Positions 56,044 to 64,000 of a stretch of 64,000 nucleotides of DNA are shown one piece after another. Position 1 is the stretch's first letter. Every line of letters begins with the position of its first letter. Source of the stretch: an uncultured archaeon (lineage in GTDB: Archaea; Asgardarchaeota; Lokiarchaeia; Sigyniarchaeales; SOKP01); the NCBI GenBank assembly GCA_964583985.1, contig CAZOYD010000005.1:1-64000 (forward strand), read 5' to 3'. The translations under genes and the position numbers were made by a program. Below the pieces are notes generated by a model. The model saw only the letters and a list, made by a program, of their open reading frames with translations. It did no database searches and was not told the DNA's origin.

Positions 56044-56046
56044 AAA

Positions 56047-56577
56047 ATGACTCAAATGCTAAAAAAAAATACATCAGATCTAGACACCAATTTTCGCTAT
56101 GAAATTAGTGAAAAAGTAGGAGCAAAATCCCTGTTAAAATGTATACAGTGTGGGGTTTGTTCCTCTGGATGTACGGTCACTGAATATGTGGACATGCAAC
56201 CCCATCGAGTCGTTGCCTCATGTCTCTTGGGGTTAAAGGAAGAAGTGCTTTCAAGTCAAGCGATCTGGACTTGCTCTTTATGCCATAGATGTACTGAAAG
56301 ATGTCCTAAAAACGTGGATTATTCTTTTATCTTAGCTCTTCTGCGAAATATGGCAGTAAAAAGAGGTACGGTTCCTAAAGAATATTCAGGCACCGTAGTA
56401 ACGATCTACAATAATGGATTTGTAGTTCCTTATACTGGTGGATTAAAAGACAACATTGATAGAAGAAGAAATAAAATGGGATTACCCCAGATTGTACCAC
56501 CTAATTTAGAAGAAATTAGATTCATTATTGAAGAAACTGGATTAGGTGAACTAGCAAAAAAAAAGGAGGATGAATAA
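56047..56577 (+). CDS. hdrC: Heterodisulfide reductase subunit C-like
   Basis: CIQCGVCSSGC and IWTCSLCHRCTERCP. Confidence 0.92.
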   Translation: MTQMLKKNTSDLDTNFRYEISEKVGAKSLLKCIQCGVCSSGCTVTEYVDMQPHRVVASCLLGLKEEVLSSQAIWTCSLCHRCTERCPKNVDYSFILALLRNMAVKRGTVPKEYSGTVVTIYNNGFVVPYTGGLKDNIDRRRNKMGLPQIVPPNLEEIRFIIEETGLGELAKKKEDE

Positions 56578-56579
56578 AT

Positions 56580-57467
56580 ATGGAGAAATCATATGCCTTT
56601 TTTCCAGGATGTAGCATACCCTTGAAATCACCTCATTTAGAGAAAGCATTTCGGGATGTTGCAAGAATTTTAGGCTTAAAATTGACAGAAATGGAAGGTG
56701 TGAGTTGCTGTCCAGAACCAGTATCATTACAATCTCTGAACATGGATACGTGGGTGGCATTAGGAGCAAGAAATCTTGCGATTGCAGAAAAAATGGGTAT
56801 GGACATTCTAACGATTTGTTCTGGTTGTTTTGAAACCTTGAAAACTGTTAGTGTTCTCTTAGCTGAAGACAAGGAATATCTTAAAAAAATAAATCAAATC
56901 TTGAAAAAAATCAATTATTCGTATTCTGGTAAAGTAAAAGTATATCATTTTGTCGAAATATTTAGTCAACCTGAATGGTTAGACAAAATAAAGAGTTCAA
57001 TAGTGAGACCATTAGATGATATGATCATTGCCGTACATTACGGTTGCCATTTGATTCGACCAAGTAAAATAATGCAATTTGATCACCCAGAGAAACCTGA
57101 AAAAATCGATATAATCCTTCAAACTTTAGGAGCAAGAACCATTGAATATGCTAATAAATTAGAATGTTGTGGCTTTTGTGCCCGTTTACAAGAGGAAATT
57201 GGTGATAAATTAGTAGAAGACAAAATGACAGAACTATGCGGACTTGAAGAAGAAGTCGACACTTTAATAGCAGTGTGTCCGGCTTGTACAACCCAATATG
57301 ATCGGAAAGAGAAACTTGCGGCTCGTAAAACTGGTAAAACATTAGATATTCCCGTACTATATTTAGCGGAAATAATGGCAATAGCATTAGGTGTAAATTT
57401 AGAAGATCTTAGTTTGAATAATAGATCTGTCAAACCAAATAAGTTAATTGAAAAATTAACAACCTAA
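56580..57467 (+). CDS. hdrB: Heterodisulfide reductase subunit B-like
   Basis: Two CCG domains: FPGC..CCP..CSGC and HYGCH..CCG..CPAC. Confidence 0.92.
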   Translation: MEKSYAFFPGCSIPLKSPHLEKAFRDVARILGLKLTEMEGVSCCPEPVSLQSLNMDTWVALGARNLAIAEKMGMDILTICSGCFETLKTVSVLLAEDKEYLKKINQILKKINYSYSGKVKVYHFVEIFSQPEWLDKIKSSIVRPLDDMIIAVHYGCHLIRPSKIMQFDHPEKPEKIDIILQTLGARTIEYANKLECCGFCARLQEEIGDKLVEDKMTELCGLEEEVDTLIAVCPACTTQYDRKEKLAARKTGKTLDIPVLYLAEIMAIALGVNLEDLSLNNRSVKPNKLIEKLTT

Positions 57468-57547
57468 ATATGAGATTTTTTCTCTCAAATAATTTAAAAT
57501 TAAATTTAAGAAAAAAGTGAGAATTAGTAATTTGGAGATAAACGAAA

Positions 57548-58243
57548 ATGATTATTACCGAATTAAAAGATATTGTAGAAATTTATGATATGGTAAAAGA
57601 TTACAAAAAAATATTAATCGCAGGATGCGATGGTTGCTGTCAACCTCCAAGATCTCTCAATGAAGCAAAATTTCTTGGGCAAATGTTAGAATTAAAAGCA
57701 CGTACCGAAGGAAAGGATCTTACTTGGAAAGCTGTAACTGTTTTAAGACAATGTGATGACAGAATTGCATCTACTACCATCCGACCATTTGTAGAAGATT
57801 ATGAAGCTATAGTTAGTTTATCATGTGGTCTTGGAGTTGTAATGTTAAATAAAGTATTTCCAAAGATTTTAACATTTCCCGCTCAGAATAGCATGTTTGG
57901 TGGAGTACAAAATAATGGTGAGAATAGTTTCATTGAATATTGTGAAGAATGTGGCGAATGCATTATTGGAGAAACAGGTGGCGTATGTCCGCGTGCCGGA
58001 TGTGCGAAACATCTGAGTAATGGTCCCTGTGGTGGTATGGTTGACGGGATGTGTGAAGTTGGAGGATATACAATTCCATGTGCGTGGGTTCGTATTTGGG
58101 AAAGATTAAAGGAGTTCAATAGGCTCGATCTATTTAAAAAATATAGACCGCCACGAGACTATCGAAAATCTACCAGTCCCAGCTATTTAACTATTTATAA
58201 AGATTATACAAATGAAGAAGTCAAAGAGGAGGCGAAAGAATAA
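57548..58243 (+). CDS. metV: Methylenetetrahydrofolate reductase small subunit MetV
   Basis: GCDGC, RQCD, SCGLG and CEECGECII..TGGVCP...CAK.L.NGPCGG...CEV...CAW. Confidence 0.9.
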   Translation: MIITELKDIVEIYDMVKDYKKILIAGCDGCCQPPRSLNEAKFLGQMLELKARTEGKDLTWKAVTVLRQCDDRIASTTIRPFVEDYEAIVSLSCGLGVVMLNKVFPKILTFPAQNSMFGGVQNNGENSFIEYCEECGECIIGETGGVCPRAGCAKHLSNGPCGGMVDGMCEVGGYTIPCAWVRIWERLKEFNRLDLFKKYRPPRDYRKSTSPSYLTIYKDYTNEEVKEEAKE

Positions 58244-59197
58244 ATGGCAAGAAGACCAGCTTATAGTAATTTATGTAAAGCAATTGAAGCAGGACATTTT
58301 GTGTTTACTGGTGAACTTGAACCTAAAAAAATCTTGGATCTTAGCGAGATTATCTATTCTGCAAAAGAAATGAAAAAAACTGGAAGAATAGTAGCAGCTA
58401 ACGTCACCGATGGTCCACAAGGCGATGCTTACATGTCATCATTAGTTCCAAGCTATAAAATTCAAGAAGAAGCAGGTATTGAGGCAGTTTGGCAAGTAAC
58501 TATTCGTGACCGAAATCGGGTTGCTCTTTTTGGAGACGTAGTGGCAGGAGCTGTCTTAGGATTGAAGAATATTTTAACACTTACAGGAGATCATACTGCT
58601 CTTGGAGATCATAAACGTGCTCGACCTGTCTATGATATTGATAGTACTCAATTTGCAGAAATGCTTTCAATGATGATAGATGAAGGAACTGACTATGAAG
58701 GAAATGAAATCCAAGGGGGCAAGATAGAAATGAATTTTGGCTGTGTTGCTAACCCTAATAGTAACCCGCGGGAACCTGAAATTTTAAAAGTTGGACGAAA
58801 AGTCGAACAAGGGGTCGATTTTATTCAAACCCAGACCGCATTTGATATTGATCAAGCGAAAGAGTTTCTCAAAGAATTAGAACAATTTAATGTTCCAGTA
58901 CTACTCGGAGTATTTCCACTAAAATCTTACGGTATAGCATGGTATTTTGATGCTAATATACCTGGAGTGAGTGTTCCAAAAGATCTTCTCAAAGCACTTA
59001 AAAAAGCAGAGAAAGATAACAAGGGTAATAAACAGGGTAAATATGATGCATTGGATAAGATTAATATTGAATTTTTCGCCCCATTTATCAGAGAAATCAA
59101 AAAAACAACGAAAGCTGCTGGCATACATTGCATGGCTGTTGAATATGAAAGACTCTTTGACCCATTATTGAAAGAATATCCGAAATACGTAAATTAA
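58244..59197 (+). CDS. metF: 5,10-methylenetetrahydrofolate reductase
   Basis: ELEP, NVTD, RDRNR, LTGDH, DIDS, FIQTQ and GIHCM. Confidence 0.92.
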   Translation: MARRPAYSNLCKAIEAGHFVFTGELEPKKILDLSEIIYSAKEMKKTGRIVAANVTDGPQGDAYMSSLVPSYKIQEEAGIEAVWQVTIRDRNRVALFGDVVAGAVLGLKNILTLTGDHTALGDHKRARPVYDIDSTQFAEMLSMMIDEGTDYEGNEIQGGKIEMNFGCVANPNSNPREPEILKVGRKVEQGVDFIQTQTAFDIDQAKEFLKELEQFNVPVLLGVFPLKSYGIAWYFDANIPGVSVPKDLLKALKKAEKDNKGNKQGKYDALDKINIEFFAPFIREIKKTTKAAGIHCMAVEYERLFDPLLKEYPKYVN

Positions 59198-59280
59198 CCA
59201 AAAATCAGAAATAATGTATTTTTTATTTAAAATTTAAATTTTTTTTATATATTTGTAAGAAAAACGGTAGGTAGAAAAAA

Positions 59281-59727
59281 ATGAAAAATATGGATGAGAA
59301 AGATAAAAGAATATTAGAAATGCTTATAGAAGATTCTAGAAGACCATATCGTGAAGTTGCAGACGACGTTGGCTTATCTGAATCAACTGTAAGAAAACGA
59401 GTTTTAAAACTCCAAGAGGAAGGAGTAATCGAGAAATTTACAATAAAAATCTGCCGTGAAGAAGAAAGATGTATTATCGCTTTCCTTACCTTAATTCCAA
59501 GAAATGAGTCTGAAATGAAAGATTTATTGCGTGAAACGCAAATTATTCCTCAGTGTGAGGAAGTATACTTTCTTGCAGGTCAATGTGGAGTATTAGTGAA
59601 GGTTAATATCCCGGAAATAACGGAACTGGACGCTTTAATAGAAAATTTCAGGGGAAGAAGCGATGTAAAAAGTGTTGAAAGGGTATGCGTGGTATTAAAA
59701 CCTATTAAGACAAAGTTAAAAGATTAA
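59281..59727 (+). CDS. Lrp/AsnC-family regulator (Ptr2-like N-terminus)
   Basis: MDEKDKRILEMLIEDSRRPYREVA..VGLSESTVRKRV.KL.EEGVIEKFTI. The C-terminal domain is Cys-rich. Confidence 0.9.
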   Translation: MKNMDEKDKRILEMLIEDSRRPYREVADDVGLSESTVRKRVLKLQEEGVIEKFTIKICREEERCIIAFLTLIPRNESEMKDLLRETQIIPQCEEVYFLAGQCGVLVKVNIPEITELDALIENFRGRSDVKSVERVCVVLKPIKTKLKD

Positions 59728-59869
59728 CCTCACAATTTTCGGAACAAATTTTCGAGATTTTAGATATTCGGTACTGGTTTTATGATGAAAAGTCAAGTTT
59801 TTATATCGATTTAAATTTTATAATTCTATTCAAGATTATTATGCTAACTTAATTAATGGGCTTAAAATA

Positions 59870-60844
59870 ATGGAAACTGCTATTAGACTTGAAAATGTCG
59901 TAAAAATCTTTTACAATAAAAAGAATAAAAAGTTTCCCGAACAGAAGAGAGAAATCTTTGCTTTAGGAGGAGTCTCTTTTGAAGTCAATAAGGGAGAAAT
60001 TTTTGGGTTGTTGGGGCCAAACGGTGCTGGAAAAACTACGACCATAAGATGTATTGCAGGTATCCTTCAATTAAATTCGGGCAAAATTTACATAAATAAT
60101 CAAGAGTTAAATAGATCTACAGCGCATAAATTTCGAAAAAATTTAGGATTTCTGACAGAAAATCATGGAAACTATGAAAATTTAACCCTTCATGATAATC
60201 TCCAATTTTTTGGTAGTTTTTATACTTTAGATAATCTTGAAGAAAGAATTGATGCTACTTTGAAGCAAATGGGATTGCTTGAACGGAAAGATATGAAGGC
60301 TGGTAAACTTTCTAAAGGACAAAAACAAAGATTAGCTATCGCTCGAACTATCCTTCATGATCCTGAAATCTTATTTTTTGACGAGCCTACAGCAGGATTA
60401 GACCCTTCAGCATCGGTTCATGTGAGAAATCTCATATTAGAATTAAAACGAGAGGATCGAACGATATTCATTAATAGTCATAATTTAGAAGAGGTGCAAA
60501 AGGTTTGCGATCGAGTAGCTATTTTGGATTTGGGAAAGATTAAGAGAATTGGGGAACCTAGCGAGTTAGGTAAGGATTTATGGGACACTCAAGAACTAAA
60601 GTGTTCATTAAAGGATCCAATCTCCTCTGAAATTAGTGCAACATTATCCAAATTAGATTACATAAAAAGATATAAGATTGAAGATAAAAATATAATCATG
60701 TACTCTGATAATATAGATGAAGTAACTCCAAGGATCGTCAAAGAATTAGTAAGATTGGATGCTAACATATTAGAAGTGAGAAGAACCGTGCATTCTCTTG
60801 AGGACATTTATCTAAAACTAATGGGGGAAGAACAACCAAGGTGA
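59870..60844 (+). CDS. ABC-2 type exporter ATP-binding subunit
   Basis: GPNGAGKTT, LSKGQ, DEPTAGLDP and SHNLEE. Confidence 0.93.
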   Translation: METAIRLENVVKIFYNKKNKKFPEQKREIFALGGVSFEVNKGEIFGLLGPNGAGKTTTIRCIAGILQLNSGKIYINNQELNRSTAHKFRKNLGFLTENHGNYENLTLHDNLQFFGSFYTLDNLEERIDATLKQMGLLERKDMKAGKLSKGQKQRLAIARTILHDPEILFFDEPTAGLDPSASVHVRNLILELKREDRTIFINSHNLEEVQKVCDRVAILDLGKIKRIGEPSELGKDLWDTQELKCSLKDPISSEISATLSKLDYIKRYKIEDKNIIMYSDNIDEVTPRIVKELVRLDANILEVRRTVHSLEDIYLKLMGEEQPR

Positions 60845-61662
60845 ACGTGTTGGATTATAAAAATAGTATAAGGATATTCAAGAAAGATTGGAAGACTTCT
60901 GTCAGACGTAAGGAAATTCTGGCTATAATGAGCATTTTTCCGGTGATTTTTACAATTCTTCTTCCTATTGTAATGTTAATTGGAATAATAGTAGACCCAA
61001 ATGCTTTTTTAAGCTCGTTTGGTGACCCTACTTTATTGAGAACCATTTTACAAATCCCTCCTCATTATAATGACGCGTTAGCTGGGGCTATTGTGGTAAT
61101 TAGAATGATTGTATTACCATTGTTTCTATTTATACCCGGAATGATGCCAATAGTTATCTCATCCGATTCTTTTGCTGGGGAAAAAGAAAGAAAAACAATG
61201 GAAGGAGTACTCCTTTTACCCATAACCAAGACAGAATTAATACTTGGAAAAGTCTTAGCATCGTTCATACCATCAATGGTTATTTCCTTAGTATGTTTTT
61301 TAACCCTAGGAGTAATCGTCAATATGATGCTATTATCATATTTAGATGGTATAATTCTGTTTTTCTCTGATATCCCAATTATGCTAGTAGGATTCATCTT
61401 GGCTCCTTTTTGGGCTCTGTTAAACATTCAAATTAGCGTTATAATTAGTTCTCGAGCTAAAGATATGAAAAGTGCTCAAAGTATCAGTGGAGCTTTGGTT
61501 ACACCCGTGTTAGGAATAATGTTAGTTCAAATCTTTAATCCTGCGTTTTTAACAATCAGTACTGTTTTATTATTCACAGGTTTCATAGTATCATTATGGC
61601 TACTCTTTATCTATCTCAGTAATAAGTTATTAGATCCTGAAAAATTGATTTTAATGCTATAA
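60841..61662 (+). CDS. ABC-2 type exporter permease
   Basis: Six TM helices and DSFAGEKERKTMEGVLLLP...LILGK. Overlaps the ATPase stop codon. Confidence 0.9.
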   Translation: MNVLDYKNSIRIFKKDWKTSVRRKEILAIMSIFPVIFTILLPIVMLIGIIVDPNAFLSSFGDPTLLRTILQIPPHYNDALAGAIVVIRMIVLPLFLFIPGMMPIVISSDSFAGEKERKTMEGVLLLPITKTELILGKVLASFIPSMVISLVCFLTLGVIVNMMLLSYLDGIILFFSDIPIMLVGFILAPFWALLNIQISVIISSRAKDMKSAQSISGALVTPVLGIMLVQIFNPAFLTISTVLLFTGFIVSLWLLFIYLSNKLLDPEKLILML

Positions 61663-61720
61663 TCATTTATTATCTTATTTCCGTTGACTATTTGTTTATT
61701 ATCAAACAATATTTAGAAAA

Positions 61721-62746
61721 TCAAATCTGATGGAAATAATATTTACCATTTCTCTCTATTCTTTCCACTTTTCCAAGATGTTCCAAATAGATTAAATGTC
61801 CGAGTACTTCACTCATTGCCATGTATGAATTAATCTCATCTAATTCAGTTCCAAAATGAATTTGAGAGATGTTAAAAGGCGTGAGTGATTTATCTTGTAG
61901 AATAGCTAAAATTTCAGTCAGGCGATTCTCATGATGCTCTTTAATTTCTTGAATTCTTTTATGGGGGTCATAGATTATATCTTGATGAGCGGGAAAAATT
62001 ACCTTTGGATTTAAATTCTCTATTTTTTCCAAGGATTTTAGGTAATGATCAAGGATATTATCAAAATGATGATCTTCAAATTCATTTCTGAGAGCTGAAC
62101 TTATAACAAAATTGCCAATGTGAGGAGTTATCCTAGATAAGATATGATCTCCAGAAAATAAATACCCATTCCTTTTATTGAAAATGCAAATGTGGTCAAA
62201 ACTATGACCTGGAGTCCATATTATCTTTAAATCATTTAATATCATATCTCCATCGTGAATCAATTGATCTGGTTTTTGATACTGTATTGATTTAGGCCAT
62301 AAGGTAAGAAATTCAACCACGCGTTTACCTTGCTCTTCTGAAATTCCATATTTTACCATCAAATTAGCAACTTTTATCGCTTCTTCCTGGTATTCATCTG
62401 CTTTGGACTCATCTGTTTCCCATCTTAAAATTCGATGAGTAATGTCATGCATTATAAGTTTTAAATCTGGATTTTTTCTTTTCAATTTTCTGATCAATCC
62501 GATATGATCGGTATGGATGTGAGTGATGATACAATAATCAACATCAGAGATGCTATAACCTTGCTCTTCCAAGGTGGAAAAAAATACCTTACCCCAATTT
62601 CCCATATTCAAACCGGAATCAATAAGCACCGTTTTTCTATTCACGTCAAATAAATAAGTACAAACGAATCTAACAGCGAATGGAACATCTATTTTGATCC
62701 TTACAATCTCATTTATTTTTGAGATTTCTGACTTGAATTTTAACAA
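61721..62746 (-). CDS. Metallo-beta-lactamase-fold hydrolase with C-terminal wHTH
   Basis: IDSG, THIHTDHIG, TPGHS, SGDHIL and PAH. Confidence 0.9.
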   Translation of the reverse strand: MLKFKSEISKINEIVRIKIDVPFAVRFVCTYLFDVNRKTVLIDSGLNMGNWGKVFFSTLEEQGYSISDVDYCIITHIHTDHIGLIRKLKRKNPDLKLIMHDITHRILRWETDESKADEYQEEAIKVANLMVKYGISEEQGKRVVEFLTLWPKSIQYQKPDQLIHDGDMILNDLKIIWTPGHSFDHICIFNKRNGYLFSGDHILSRITPHIGNFVISSALRNEFEDHHFDNILDHYLKSLEKIENLNPKVIFPAHQDIIYDPHKRIQEIKEHHENRLTEILAILQDKSLTPFNISQIHFGTELDEINSYMAMSEVLGHLIYLEHLGKVERIERNGKYYFHQI

Positions 62747-62799
62747 ATTATTAACGTTATGTTATTTTATTCGATAGTTAGGAAAAAAATGAAAGAGAT

Positions 62800-63504
62800 T
62801 TAATCTTTAAGGCCATAATACATAAACCAAAAACTAATTAGATAACCAATCCTTACGAAAATAACCATCAATCCTGGAGCTGTTAATCCTTCTAGTAATC
62901 CAAAAACGCAGAAAAAGATTGCACCCAACGAAAGCAAGAATAATTTTTTTTTCACTACTCCTGTTGATTGAAAAGCTTTTATTAAAAAGCCAAATCCAAG
63001 TAATATAATTACACTGAGTAGAAATATAGCCATAAGGATTCCTGCTATAGAAATAATAATTACATTATAATCAATTAAGAGCTCTCCTGGGATTACGGGA
63101 TAATCAAAGTTAAATGCAGCAAATGGGTCCATAAAGATGACTATATAAAAAAATATACTTAATACTGCAAACAATGAGATTATAACCCATTTTAATTTAG
63201 GTACCAACAATTTTGAGCCAATATATATCGCAGTAATAATTGCTGGTGCTAACCAAATATAACTTAAGATTCCAACTAATCCATTAGTATTATCTATGTT
63301 AATTCCTGAAATGAGCACAGTTAAAAAATCTAAAAATACACCTAAAAACGCTAAACCTGCAAACAGATTTGCTAAACCTAAAGCAATTAGGATTTTAGCA
63401 TTTGTTTTTTTAGATTTGTACATGAAAAAAAATCCAAATATGATTCCAAAAATTACCACTCCAGATGCCGTAAGACCATCTATCCATCCGATTAAACTAA
63501 GCAT
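62800..63504 (-). CDS. Stand-alone ~7-TM membrane protein
   Basis: Seven hydrophobic segments with short basic loops and no soluble output domain. Confidence 0.7.
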   Translation of the reverse strand: MLSLIGWIDGLTASGVVIFGIIFGFFFMYKSKKTNAKILIALGLANLFAGLAFLGVFLDFLTVLISGINIDNTNGLVGILSYIWLAPAIITAIYIGSKLLVPKLKWVIISLFAVLSIFFYIVIFMDPFAAFNFDYPVIPGELLIDYNVIIISIAGILMAIFLLSVIILLGFGFLIKAFQSTGVVKKKLFLLSLGAIFFCVFGLLEGLTAPGLMVIFVRIGYLISFWFMYYGLKD

Positions 63505-63616
63505 TTTTAATTTTTACCCCAAAAATTGATACTAAAGTCTAATTTAACAGAAATATAAAAAATACCAAATATAAATGTTTACACAAAATAAGAAGGAGGA
63601 AAAAAAAATAATTCTG

Positions 63617-64000
63617 TTATTGTCTTGTTTTTTTCTGAAAAATTAAAATTCCGATTAATATAAAACCAATTGTAAAAGCAAGAGTGATTAGAACTCCACC
63701 CCATAACGGAATTGCCGTTAATTCTGCCGTAACACCAATCATTGAACTGCTATAAAGATTATCAAACAAACCATTACCTAAAACAGTAACTTGCAGAAAT
63801 ATTTGCTTTGCCCAAAAGGGAGGCGTGAAAAAGACAATTGGACTTTCAAATGGGAATAATGCACCAGAAAGAAACATCATTGGTAAGTAGTAGAATAAAG
63901 CTATTGCGTTAGCTATATCTGGAGTTTTTGAGATGCTTGCAATTATTATTCCAATCCCTACCGAAGAAATGCCGAACAAAAGTGCAACTAAAAATCCTAT
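63617..64000 (-). CDS. ABC-2 permease, C-terminal part (truncated by window edge)
   Basis: GIGIIIAS, PMMFLSGALFP and GILIFQKK. Confidence 0.82.
   Translation of the reverse strand: MGFLVALLFGISSVGIGIIIASISKTPDIANAIALFYYLPMMFLSGALFPFESPIVFFTPPFWAKQIFLQVTVLGNGLFDNLYSSSMIGVTAELTAIPLWGGVLITLAFTIGFILIGILIFQKKTRQ

Noticed and set aside
59730-59775. Repeated TT(T/A)TTCG words downstream of the Lrp gene
   Set aside because: Short, irregularly spaced, and expected by chance in AT-rich DNA.
60-63529. Numerous 60-145 aa ORFs antisense to or nested in well-supported genes (e.g. 2755-3192, 13144-13509, 48505-48858, 61065-61427)
   Set aside because: They are shadow frames with no motifs, fully overlapping confident CDSs.
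1-64000. tRNA/rRNA genes, transposases, integrases
   Set aside because: No GC-rich cloverleaf or rRNA-like segment and no DDE or tyrosine-recombinase motifs were seen by eye. A tRNAscan-SE/Infernal run would be needed to exclude them formally.

Overview
Strongly AT-rich, gene-dense archaeal chromosome segment, most consistent with an Asgard archaeon (Lokiarchaeia-like). The assignment is inferred from archaeal information genes (rpo3/rpoD-rpl18e-rpl13-rps9, EF-1beta, Sm/Lsm, RIO2, TrmI, thermosome, TrpRS) together with eukaryote-signature-type proteins (Arf/Rag-like GTPase with a roadblock-like C-terminus, PP1-like phosphatase, gelsolin-like domain). Metabolic genes include iorA/B, a porC...porDAB cluster split by a multi-PAS histidine kinase, aroC/aroA, glyA, GTP-PEPCK, and an hdrA(tandem)-mvhD fusion/hdrC/hdrB/metV/metF/lrp operon. 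The window also has mutS/mutL, an orphan N6-adenine methyltransferase and a TusA-DsrE-LysR sulfur module. I saw no rRNA, tRNA, CRISPR array or transposase. The most notable observations are: (1) a gelsolin-like domain fused to four TM helices; (2) a circularly permuted TTL/YheCD-like ATP-grasp enzyme; (3) an MglA-like GTPase-winged-helix fusion whose P-loop can only be translated from a non-canonical (ATT) start, divergent from the hdr-metVF operon; (4) phased 21-bp repeats and a structured leader upstream of that operon; (5) several unannotated gene relics and a missed Zn-ribbon gene. All family calls come from motif recognition by eye; no database searches were run.
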